From the IMG/VR virus record IMGVR_UViG_2547132277_000002: a stretch of DNA of 21,851 nucleotides; one strand, 5' to 3'. The position numbers and the translations under genes are program-made. The DNA is from a virus. Lineage: Duplodnaviria; Heunggongvirae; Uroviricota; Caudoviricetes. Below, piece after piece: positions 14,655 to 21,851 of the stretch (positions within the stretch are counted from its first letter, which is position 1; every line of letters begins with the position of its first letter). The notes beneath the pieces are model-generated. The model did not search any database and had not been told where the DNA came from. It saw only the letters and a program-made list of their open reading frames with translations.

Positions 14655-15047
14655 TTCACCCTCCTGAGGGTTGGTAATTAAGGAGTTCTCCACGGGTCAG
14701 GTGGAGTGCGTGCGCCGGACACGGGTGAGCATCCGGCACTGGCAGTTTACTGGAAGGATATATCCCTGAAAAGTCAGGACATAACGCGAAAGCGCACGGC
14801 GAAGTTATTCTGTCTGTACGGTGTCGTTAAATTTAATTCGACCGTGCGCTTCCGGTTGTGGCAATCCGCGAAATGGCGCGGCGGTAAGTATGGCGGGGTT
14901 ATTCCTTCCCCGTTGAGGACACCGGGTTGTCAGGTTGACCATACGCTTAAGTGACAACCCCGCTGCAACGCCCTCTGTTATCAATTTTCTGGTGGCGTTT
15001 AGCGGTATCAGTTTTACTCCGTGACTGCTCTGCCGCCCTTTTTAAAG

Positions 15048-15195
15048 TGAATTTTGTGATGCGGTGAATGCGGCTAAGCGCACGCGGAACAGTTAAAACC
15101 AAAAACAGTGTTATGGGTGGGTTCTCTGTATCCGGCGTTAATTGTTAACTGGTTAACGTCACCTGGAGGCACCAGGCACCGCATCACAAAATTCA
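15048..15195. repeat. Perfect 19-bp inverted repeat (TGAATTTTGTGATGCGGTG / CACCGCATCACAAAATTCA) enclosing 110 bp with nested GTTAAC palindromes
   Basis: Arms at 15048-15066 and 15177-15195 are exact reverse complements; internal CGTTAATTGTTAACTGGTTAACG at 15136-15158; right arm ends 18 bp before the next start codon. Confidence 0.6.
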
Positions 15196-15213
15196 TTGTT
15201 GAGGACGCGATAA

Positions 15214-15401
15214 TGGAAACGTTATTACCAAACGTTAATACGTCTGAAGGTTGTTTTGAAATTGGTGTCACTATCAGTAACCCAGTATTTACTGAAGATG
15301 CCATTAACAAGAGAAAACAAGAACGGGAGCTATTAAATAAAATATGCATTGTTTCAATGCTGGCTCGTTTACGTCTGATGCCAAAAGAATGTGCACAATG
15401 A
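15214..15401 (+). CDS. Small hypothetical protein (62 aa from ATG 15214)
   Basis: SD GAGGA 8 nt upstream of ATG 15214; the ORF-track start 15108 lies inside the inverted-repeat region. Confidence 0.4.
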
Positions 15402-15589
15402 ATTCAGCATTTGCGCTTGTTCTGACAGTTTATCTTGTTTCCGGAGAGTCAGTTGATATTGCAGTCAGTGTTCACAGGACAATGCAGGAATGTATGACTG
15501 CAGCAACCGAACAGAAAATTCCCGGTAACTGTTACCCGGTCGATAAAGTTATTCACCAGGATAATAACGAAATCCCGGCAGGTCTTTAA
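15398..15589 (+). CDS. Small protein with signal-peptide-like N-terminus (63 aa)
   Basis: ATGA overlap with the previous stop; MNSAFALVLTVYLVSG hydrophobic N-terminus. Confidence 0.4.
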   Translation: MNSAFALVLTVYLVSGESVDIAVSVHRTMQECMTAATEQKIPGNCYPVDKVIHQDNNEIPAGL

Positions 15590-15681
15590 AACAGTTCCGT
15601 AATAAACATCCGCTTTCATTCTTATATGCCAGCAATGGCAGGGATTTGTTCACCCTTAAATCTGTAATGAGGTAAAACAAA

Positions 15682-18153
15682 ATGAGTAAAGTCTTTATTT
15701 GCGCCGCCATTCCGGACGAACAGGCAATAAAGGAAGAAGGTGCAGTCGCTGTAGCCACTGCCATTGAAGCCGGTGATGAACGTCGCGCCCGCGCAAAATT
15801 TCACTGGCAATTCCTGGAGCATTATCCGGCTGCTCAGGACTGCGCTTATAAATTTCTTGTTTGCGAGGATAAACCCGGTATATCCCGCCCTGCCCTCGAT
15901 TCCTGGGATGCTGAATATATGCAGGAAAACCGCTGGGATGAGGAGTCTGCTTCCTTTGTCCCGGTTGAGACTGAATCAGATCCGATGAACGTCACTTTTG
16001 ACAAGCTGACCCCTGAAGTACAGAACGCTGTCATGGTTAAGTTCGACACATGTGAAAACATCACCGTTGATATGGTGATTAGCGCGCAGGAATTGTTGCA
16101 GGAAGACATGGCAACATTCGACGGACATATCGTTGAAGCGTTGATGAAAATGCCAGAAGTTAACGCCATGTATCCAGAACTTAAGTTGCATGCCATCGGG
16201 TGGGTTAAGCATAAATGTAAGCCTGGAGCTAAATGGCCCGAAATTCAGGCAGAGATGCGCATCTGGAAAAAACGTCGCGAAGGTGAACGCAAGGAAACCG
16301 GAAAATACACGTCTGCTGTTGATCTCGCCCGCGCCAGAGTCAACCGACAGCACACTGAAAACTCAGCAGAAAATATCTCCCCTGTCACTGCAGTCATTCA
16401 TCGCGAATACAAGCAGACATGGAAAACACTGGATGACGAACTGGCCTACGCTCTCTGGCCTGGTGATGTGGATGCCGGAAACATTGACGGCAGCATCCAT
16501 CGCTGGGCAAAAAATGAAGTTATCGACAACGACCGCGAAGACTGGAAGCGTATCTCGGCATCGATGCGCAAACAGCCTGATGCCCTTCGCTACGACCGCC
16601 AGACTATTTTTGGCCTTGTCCGTGGACGTCCGATCGACATTCACAAAGATCCTGTGGCACTGAACAAATACATTACTGAATACCTGACTACAAAGGGCGT
16701 GTTTGAAGATGAAGGAACAAATCAGAGCGCAACTGATACTCTCTCGTCGCCAGTACCAGAAACTGATGCAGTGGAAACGGCAATTCCGGACAACGAAAAA
16801 ACCGAATGCAAAGTGGAAGTCGAACCATCTGTAGAACGTGAGGGGCCGTTCTACTTCCTCTTCACCGACAAGGATGGCGAAAAATACGGTCGCGCAAACA
16901 AACTTTCTGGTCTGGATAAGGCGCTGGCTGCCGGGGCTACTGAAATCACGAAAGAAGAATATTTCGCCCGCAAAAACGGTACATACTCAGGTTTACAACA
17001 AAATACTGGTGCATCTGACACGACCGCACAACCAGAGCCGGTAAAAGTTACCGCTGACGAAGTAAACAAAATTATGCAGGCAGCCAATATCAGCCAGCCT
17101 GACGCCGATGAACTGCTTGCAGTATCACGTGGTGAATTTGTTGCAGGGATTAGCGATCCGAATGATCCGAAATGGGTGAAGGGGATTGAAACCCGCGATT
17201 CTGTGAACCAGAACCAGCAAGAAACGGAACAGAACGACCAGAAAGCGGAACAAAACAGCCCAAATGTGCAACGAAAAGAGCCAAAAACGAAACAATCCGA
17301 ACCAGTAGCGCAACAGGAACCGGAAAAAGTCTGCACCGTCTGCGGTCAGAGCGGTGGCGGCAACTGCCCTGATTGTGGCGCGGTGATGGGCGACGCAACA
17401 TACCAGGAAACATTCGATGACGAGAACCAAGTTGAAGTTCAGGAAGACGATTCGGAGGAAATGGAAGGCGCTGAACATCCACACAAGGAGAATGCTGGCA
17501 GCGCTCAGGACCACGCCAGCGATAATGAAACTGGCGAGGCGACAGATCTCTTAATTAAGGCGAACGGTCATCATAATCTCACATCCACCAGCAGAGCGGG
17601 GATTCATCTGATGATCGACCTTGAAACCATGGGAAAAAATCCCGATGCCCCGATTATCTCAATAGGCGCAATATTTTTCGATCCACAAACCGGAGATATG
17701 GGACCGGAATTTAGCAAGACCATCGATCTGGATACTGCTGGCGGAGTCATTGATCGTGACGTCATTAAATGGTGGCTGAAGCAATCACGTGAAGCGCAGT
17801 CTGCCATTATGACCGATGAAATCCCGTTAGATGATGCACTACTGCAATTGCGGGAATTTATCGACGAAAACTCCGGTGAATTTTTTGTTCAGGTCTGGGG
17901 AAATGGAGACAACTTCGACAACGTGATTTTACGCCGCTCATACGAACGACAGGGGATCCCCTGCCCGTGGCGCTACTGCAACGATCGCGATGTACGCACA
18001 ATCGTTGAATTAGGAAAAGCCCTGGACTTCGATGCCAGAACGGCTATTCCATTCGAAGGTGAGCGCCATAATGCACTTGATGACGCTCGTTACCAGGCAA
18101 AATACATTTCAGCTATCTGGCAAAAACTGATCCCGAGTCAGGCTGATTTTTAA
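15682..18153 (+). CDS. RecE-like large exonuclease: central C4 zinc finger and C-terminal DEDDh 3-prime to 5-prime exonuclease domain
   Basis: 823 aa; segment ELLAVSRGEFVAGISDPNDPKWVKGIETRD resembles RecE as recalled; CTVCGQSGGGNCPDCG zinc finger; C-terminal Exo I DLE (MIDLETMG), Exo II NGDNFDNVIL, Exo III HNALDDA. Confidence 0.7.
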   Translation: MSKVFICAAIPDEQAIKEEGAVAVATAIEAGDERRARAKFHWQFLEHYPAAQDCAYKFLVCEDKPGISRPALDSWDAEYMQENRWDEESASFVPVETESDPMNVTFDKLTPEVQNAVMVKFDTCENITVDMVISAQELLQEDMATFDGHIVEALMKMPEVNAMYPELKLHAIGWVKHKCKPGAKWPEIQAEMRIWKKRREGERKETGKYTSAVDLARARVNRQHTENSAENISPVTAVIHREYKQTWKTLDDELAYALWPGDVDAGNIDGSIHRWAKNEVIDNDREDWKRISASMRKQPDALRYDRQTIFGLVRGRPIDIHKDPVALNKYITEYLTTKGVFEDEGTNQSATDTLSSPVPETDAVETAIPDNEKTECKVEVEPSVEREGPFYFLFTDKDGEKYGRANKLSGLDKALAAGATEITKEEYFARKNGTYSGLQQNTGASDTTAQPEPVKVTADEVNKIMQAANISQPDADELLAVSRGEFVAGISDPNDPKWVKGIETRDSVNQNQQETEQNDQKAEQNSPNVQRKEPKTKQSEPVAQQEPEKVCTVCGQSGGGNCPDCGAVMGDATYQETFDDENQVEVQEDDSEEMEGAEHPHKENAGSAQDHASDNETGEATDLLIKANGHHNLTSTSRAGIHLMIDLETMGKNPDAPIISIGAIFFDPQTGDMGPEFSKTIDLDTAGGVIDRDVIKWWLKQSREAQSAIMTDEIPLDDALLQLREFIDENSGEFFVQVWGNGDNFDNVILRRSYERQGIPCPWRYCNDRDVRTIVELGKALDFDARTAIPFEGERHNALDDARYQAKYISAIWQKLIPSQADF

Positions 18154-18404
18154 TGTTCAACCGTCGCCAGTTGTCGTTGGTATTCTGCAACTGGCGCGTT
18201 CCGGAGTGATAGCCATGAGCGAACAATACCTGATAACGCTCGATGAGTGGAAACCAAAACGGTTCAGTCTCCCAATAACAAACACTACCCTGGTGAAATA
18301 CGGAAAACTAGGATACATCGTTCCAAGACCACAAAAAATTCGTGGGCGTTGGCTGATAGATCGCCGAGCAGTATTTGTTGGGCCTGGTGGGTAGTGACTC
18401 CAAC

Positions 18405-18908
18405 TTACTGATAGTGTTTTATGTTCAGATAATGCCCGATGACCTTGTCATGCAGCTCCACCGATTTTGAGAACGACAGTGACTTCCGTCCCAGCCTTGC
18501 CAGATGTTGTCTCAGATTCAGATTATGTCGCTCAATGCGCTGAGTGTAACGCTTGCTGATAACGTGCAGCTTTCCCTTCAGGCGTGATTCATACAGCGGC
18601 CAGCCATCCGTCATCCATACCACGACCTCAAAGGCCGACAGCAGGCTCAGAAGACGCGCCAGTGTGGCCAGAGTGCGTTCACCGAAAACGTGCGCCACAA
18701 CTGTCCTCCGTATCCTGTCATACGCGTAAAACAGCCAGCGCTGACGTGATTTAGCACCGACGTAGCCCCACTGTTCGTCCATTTCCGCGCAGACAATCAC
18801 ATCACTGCCCGGTTGTATGCGCGAGGTTACCGACTGCGGCCTGAGTTTTTTAAGTGACGTAAAACCGTGTTGAGGCCAACGCCCATAATGCGGGCAGTTG
18901 CCCGGCAT
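18405..18908 (-). CDS. insB: IS1 InsB frame (expressed as the InsAB-prime transposase by -1 frameshift)
   Basis: 167-aa ORF overlapping the insA 3-prime end in the -1 frame, as in IS1. Confidence 0.85.
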   Translation of the reverse strand: MPGNCPHYGRWPQHGFTSLKKLRPQSVTSRIQPGSDVIVCAEMDEQWGYVGAKSRQRWLFYAYDRIRRTVVAHVFGERTLATLARLLSLLSAFEVVVWMTDGWPLYESRLKGKLHVISKRYTQRIERHNLNLRQHLARLGRKSLSFSKSVELHDKVIGHYLNIKHYQ

Positions 18909-19102
18909 CCAACGCCATTCATGGCCATATCAATGATTTTCTGGTGCGTACCGGGTTGAGAAGCGGTGTAAGTGAACTGCAGTTGCCATGTTTTACGGCA
19001 GTGAGAGCAGAGATAGCGCTGATGTCCGGCGGTGCTTTTGCCGTTACGCACCACCCCGTCAGTAGCTGAACAGGAGGGACAGCTGATAGAAACAGAAGCC
19101 AC
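18827..19102 (-). CDS. insA: IS1 InsA
   Basis: 91-aa [48 protein letters not shown]..., zinc-finger/HTH protein of IS1. Confidence 0.9.
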   Translation of the reverse strand: MASVSISCPSCSATDGVVRNGKSTAGHQRYLCSHCRKTWQLQFTYTASQPGTHQKIIDMAMNGVGCRATARIMGVGLNTVLRHLKNSGRSR

Positions 19103-19229
19103 TGGAGCACCTCAAAAACACCATCATACACTAAATCAGTAAGTTGGCAGCATCACCGGCCTGGTGAAACGGGAATTGCGCCGGAAATTCATACTGGCGA
19201 TGATGATGCACTGAAGGAGATTTTAACTC

Positions 19230-20348
19230 ATGTCACCGAGGCCACGAAAAAACAGCACTGACGTAGCCGGTCTTTACGAAAAGTTTGATCGCAGAACTGG
19301 CAGAGTTTACTACCAGTATAAAAATCCTGTGACTGGAAAATTTCACGGACTAGGAACAGACAAAGGTAAGGCAGAAAAAATCGCTTCCACAGCCAATCAG
19401 CGAATAGCTGCAGCAGAAGCTGAATATTTCATGCGTAAAATTGATGAAAGTCCGTCAGCAACAAAACGTCGGGGTATCAGATTAAAGGCATGGGTTGATC
19501 GATATCTGAAAATACAGGACACGCGACTGAAAAATGGAGATATTGCAGCTACAACTCACAAAGAAAAAGCTCGAATGGCTGCATACCTGGTTTCCCGTCT
19601 GGGAAACCACCCATTGAAAGAACTGGAAGTAAGAGACTTTGCATTAATACTGGATGAGTGGCTGGATAAAGACATGGTCAGCACAGCGAGAGTAAATCGC
19701 GGATTATGGGTTGATATTTATAAAGAAGCACAGCATGCAGGGGAAGTTCCTCCTGGATGGAATCCTCCGGAGGCTACCCGTAAACCGATCCCTAAAGTAA
19801 CCAGAGCCAGGCTCACCATGGAAGACTGGCAAAAAATTTACAATGCAACGCCTGAAAAACACTTTATCCGTAACGCAATGCTTCTTGCGATTGTTACTGG
19901 TCAGCGCCGTGATGACATTTGCCACATGCGTTTTTCAGATGTGTGGAACGAACACTTGCATATCACCCAGGGAAAAACCGGAATGCGTCTGGCGTTACCG
20001 CTTACACTACGCTGTGATGCCATTGGGATAACGTTAAAAGAAGTTATTGATGGGTGCCGAGACAGAATATTAAGTCCATATCTAATCCATAGTCGGCACC
20101 AGAAACAACCGAAGCCGATGAGTAAAGACAACCTGAGCGACTACTTTGCCAAAGCACGGGATCTGGCTGGGATAATTCCACCAGCAGGAAAAACTCCGCC
20201 AACATTTCATGAACAACGCTCTCTATCAGAACGGCTGTACCGTGCACAGGGTATCGATACAAAAACATTACTAGGACATAAAGTCCAGGCAACCACCGAT
20301 CGCTATAACGATACTCGAGGTCAGGAATGGGTTAAGTTGGTTATTTGA
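19230..20348 (+). CDS. int: Tyrosine-family phage integrase
   Basis: 372 aa; C-terminal catalytic region LLGHKVQATTDRYNDTRGQEW (His...Tyr) like lambda Int; preceded by xis; 3-prime end faces the potB/potC junction. Confidence 0.85.
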   Translation: MSPRPRKNSTDVAGLYEKFDRRTGRVYYQYKNPVTGKFHGLGTDKGKAEKIASTANQRIAAAEAEYFMRKIDESPSATKRRGIRLKAWVDRYLKIQDTRLKNGDIAATTHKEKARMAAYLVSRLGNHPLKELEVRDFALILDEWLDKDMVSTARVNRGLWVDIYKEAQHAGEVPPGWNPPEATRKPIPKVTRARLTMEDWQKIYNATPEKHFIRNAMLLAIVTGQRRDDICHMRFSDVWNEHLHITQGKTGMRLALPLTLRCDAIGITLKEVIDGCRDRILSPYLIHSRHQKQPKPMSKDNLSDYFAKARDLAGIIPPAGKTPPTFHEQRSLSERLYRAQGIDTKTLLGHKVQATTDRYNDTRGQEWVKLVI

Positions 20349-20518
20349 CAAACACCATATGGAATATCCGTCACCATCTCAGGAAAAAAGTGTTGTAAAA
20401 TGCGTGGCCTAGTTTTGGGGAAACGTTTTGGAGAGATTTTGGAGAAAGGAAAAAATTGAATAAATTCAAAATCCTGAAAGTGTCCCGCCTTATGAATAAG
20501 AAGGTGGAACTCGAATGA
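20349..20518 (+). other. Prophage-chromosome junction: att region plus potB 3-prime remnant (reads ...[11 protein letters not shown]-stop, overlapping potC ATG)
   Basis: In-frame segment ending at TGA 20516-20518 overlaps the potC start exactly as a native potB terminus would; direct repeat TTTTGGAGA x2 at about 20425-20444 may be Int arm-type sites. Core boundary not resolvable without the other junction. Confidence 0.4.
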
Positions 20519-21309
20519 TCGGTCGACTGCTTCGCGGCGGTTTTATGACCGCTATCTACGCGTACCTGTATATCCCAATCATTATTTTGATTGTGAACTC
20601 CTTTAACAGCTCGCGCTTTGGCATCAACTGGCAGGGTTTTACCACCAAATGGTATAGCCTGCTGATGAACAACGACAGCCTGTTACAGGCAGCGCAGCAT
20701 TCACTAACAATGGCGGTGTTTTCGGCGACGTTTGCTACGCTTATCGGTTCACTGACGGCAGTTGCGCTGTACCGTTATCGCTTTCGTGGTAAGCCGTTCG
20801 TTAGCGGAATGCTGTTTGTGGTGATGATGTCACCAGATATCGTGATGGCGATTTCGCTGCTGGTGCTGTTTATGCTGCTGGGTATTCAGCTTGGCTTCTG
20901 GTCGCTGCTGTTCTCGCATATCACCTTCTGCCTGCCATTTGTGGTGGTGACGGTGTATTCGCGCCTGAAAGGTTTTGACGTGCGAATGCTGGAAGCGGCG
21001 AAAGATCTCGGTGCCAGCGAATTTACCATTCTGCGAAAAATCATTCTGCCACTGGCAATGCCAGCGGTGGCGGCGGGCTGGGTGTTAAGCTTTACCCTGT
21101 CGATGGACGATGTGGTAGTTTCTTCGTTCGTCACCGGACCAAGTTATGAAATTCTGCCGTTAAAAATTTATTCGATGGTCAAAGTCGGCGTATCGCCGGA
21201 AGTTAACGCGCTGGCAACCATATTACTGGTGCTGTCGCTGGTGATGGTTATTGCCAGCCAGCTTATTGCTCGTGATAAAACGAAAGGTAACACAGGGGAC
21301 GTTAAATGA
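20515..21309 (+). CDS. potC: Spermidine/putrescine ABC transporter permease PotC
   Basis: 264 aa [33 protein letters not shown]... matches E. coli PotC as recalled; ABC permease signature EAAKDLGAS...ILPLAMP. Confidence 0.9.
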   Translation: MIGRLLRGGFMTAIYAYLYIPIIILIVNSFNSSRFGINWQGFTTKWYSLLMNNDSLLQAAQHSLTMAVFSATFATLIGSLTAVALYRYRFRGKPFVSGMLFVVMMSPDIVMAISLLVLFMLLGIQLGFWSLLFSHITFCLPFVVVTVYSRLKGFDVRMLEAAKDLGASEFTILRKIILPLAMPAVAAGWVLSFTLSMDDVVVSSFVTGPSYEILPLKIYSMVKVGVSPEVNALATILLVLSLVMVIASQLIARDKTKGNTGDVK

Positions 21310-21851
21310 AAAAATGGTCACGCCACCTGCTCGCGGCGGGTGCTCTGGCACTGGGCATGAGCGCCGCTCACGCCGATGACAACAACACGCTGTATTTCTA
21401 CAACTGGACCGAGTACGTGCCGCCAGGACTGCTTGAACAGTTCACCAAAGAAACCGGTATTAAGGTTATCTATTCGACTTACGAGTCGAACGAAACCATG
21501 TACGCCAAGCTGAAAACATACAAAGACGGTGCCTATGATCTGGTGGTTCCTTCAACCTATTACGTTGATAAAATGCGTAAAGAAGGGATGATCCAGAAGA
21601 TCGACAAGTCGAAGTTAACAAACTTCAGCAATCTCGATCCAGACATGCTCAACAAGCCTTTTGACCCGAATAACGACTACTCCATTCCGTATATCTGGGG
21701 TGCGACGGCGATTGGTGTTAACGGTGATGCGGTGGATCCGAAATCTGTCACCAGCTGGGCCGATCTGTGGAAGCCAGAGTACAAAGGCAGCCTGCTGTTG
21801 ACCGACGATGCCGTCCCCGAAGTGTTCCAGATGGCGCTGCGTAAGCTGGGC
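21306..21851 (+). CDS. potD: Spermidine/putrescine periplasmic binding protein PotD, N-terminal 181 codons (continues past window end)
   Basis: ATG 21306 overlaps the potC stop; [23 protein letters not shown] signal peptide then [31 protein letters not shown]...; absent from ORF track because there is no stop in window. Confidence 0.9.
   Translation, partial: MKKWSRHLLAAGALALGMSAAHADDNNTLYFYNWTEYVPPGLLEQFTKETGIKVIYSTYESNETMYAKLKTYKDGAYDLVVPSTYYVDKMRKEGMIQKIDKSKLTNFSNLDPDMLNKPFDPNNDYSIPYIWGATAIGVNGDAVDPKSVTSWADLWKPEYKGSLLLTDDAVPEVFQMALRKLG

Larger units (their letters stand above)
18390..19157 (-). mobile_element. IS1, complete 768-bp copy with 9-bp target-site duplication GGCCTGGTG
   Basis: Ends GGTAGTGACTCCAACTTA... 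(18390) and ...TAAGTTGGCAGCATCACC (19157) match the IS1 inverted repeats; identical 9-mers at 18381-18389 and 19158-19166; InsA and InsB frames inside. Confidence 0.9.
18215..19261 (+). pseudogene. xis: Excisionase gene xis split by IS1 (5-prime part 18215-18389, 3-prime part 19167-19261)
   Basis: 5-prime part encodes MSEQYLITLDEWKPKRFSLPITNTTLVKYGKLGYIVPRPQKIRGRWLIDRRAVFVGPG, lambda-Xis-like; after removing IS1 and one target-site copy the frame continues ETGIAPEIHTGDDDALKEILTHVTEATKKQH to a stop at 19259-19261, overlapping the int start as in lambda. Confidence 0.65.

Noticed and set aside
14050-14667. ORFs 14050..14397(-) and 14479..14667(+)
   Set aside because: Antisense to the better-supported 124-aa plus-strand gene and to the RBS-bearing 73-aa minus-strand gene respectively.
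14706-14954. ORF 14706..14954(+), 82 aa, in the GC-rich gap
   Set aside because: GTG start with SD-like sequence too close (1-nt spacing), Arg/Gly-rich low-complexity product; the region looks like structured non-coding DNA. Not excluded, but unsupported.
15074-15822. ORFs 15074..15349(-), 15108-start extension of 15108..15401, 15549..15764(-), 15622..15822(-)
   Set aside because: They overlap the inverted-repeat region or lie antisense to the small plus-strand genes and the RecE-like start; no RBS.
15764-17807. Ten shadow ORFs inside the RecE-like gene (15764..15988, 15846..16196, 15976..16353, 16190..16663, 16363..16644, 16838..17044, 16851..17336, 17125..17514, 17150..17482, 17604..17807)
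   Set aside because: All are alternate-frame or antisense overlaps of a single 823-aa ORF that has conserved exonuclease and zinc-finger motifs.
18919-19131. ORF 18919..19131(-) inside IS1
   Set aside because: Alternate frame overlapping insA; IS1 encodes only InsA and InsB/InsAB-prime.
19704-20292. ORFs 19704..19925(-), 19843..20031(+), 19901..20131(-), 20044..20292(-)
   Set aside because: Shadow ORFs within the integrase gene.
20886-21134. ORF 20886..21134(-)
   Set aside because: Antisense to potC, a conserved chromosomal permease gene.

Overview
This window is the right-hand ~20 kb of a Rac-like lambdoid prophage inserted at the 3-prime end of potB, directly upstream of potC-potD (Escherichia/Shigella-type chromosome). 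Late and early-right genes lie on the minus strand: tRNA array, holin, YdfR-like gene, endolysin; then Q, RusA, DUF968 nin genes, an O-like replication gene with iterons, and YdaT/YdaS-like regulators. The repressor, small early-left genes, a RecE-like exonuclease, xis and int lie on the plus strand. The prophage looks grounded: an IS21-family element truncates the endolysin, and an IS1 copy with a 9-bp target duplication splits xis. Three compositionally distinct cargo cassettes are the best candidates for an undescribed system: (1) a plus-strand three-gene operon of predicted membrane proteins between Q and the tRNA/lysis genes, 2985-4532; (2) a two-gene cassette (unknown protein plus a fused XRE-HTH/ImmA-IrrE metallopeptidase) bracketed by near-identical terminator hairpins, 6661-8523; (3) an AT-rich ParA/MinD-like ATPase gene with a near-consensus promoter, 8871-9976. 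All calls rest on manual reading and on homology recalled from memory; no database search or folding program was run.
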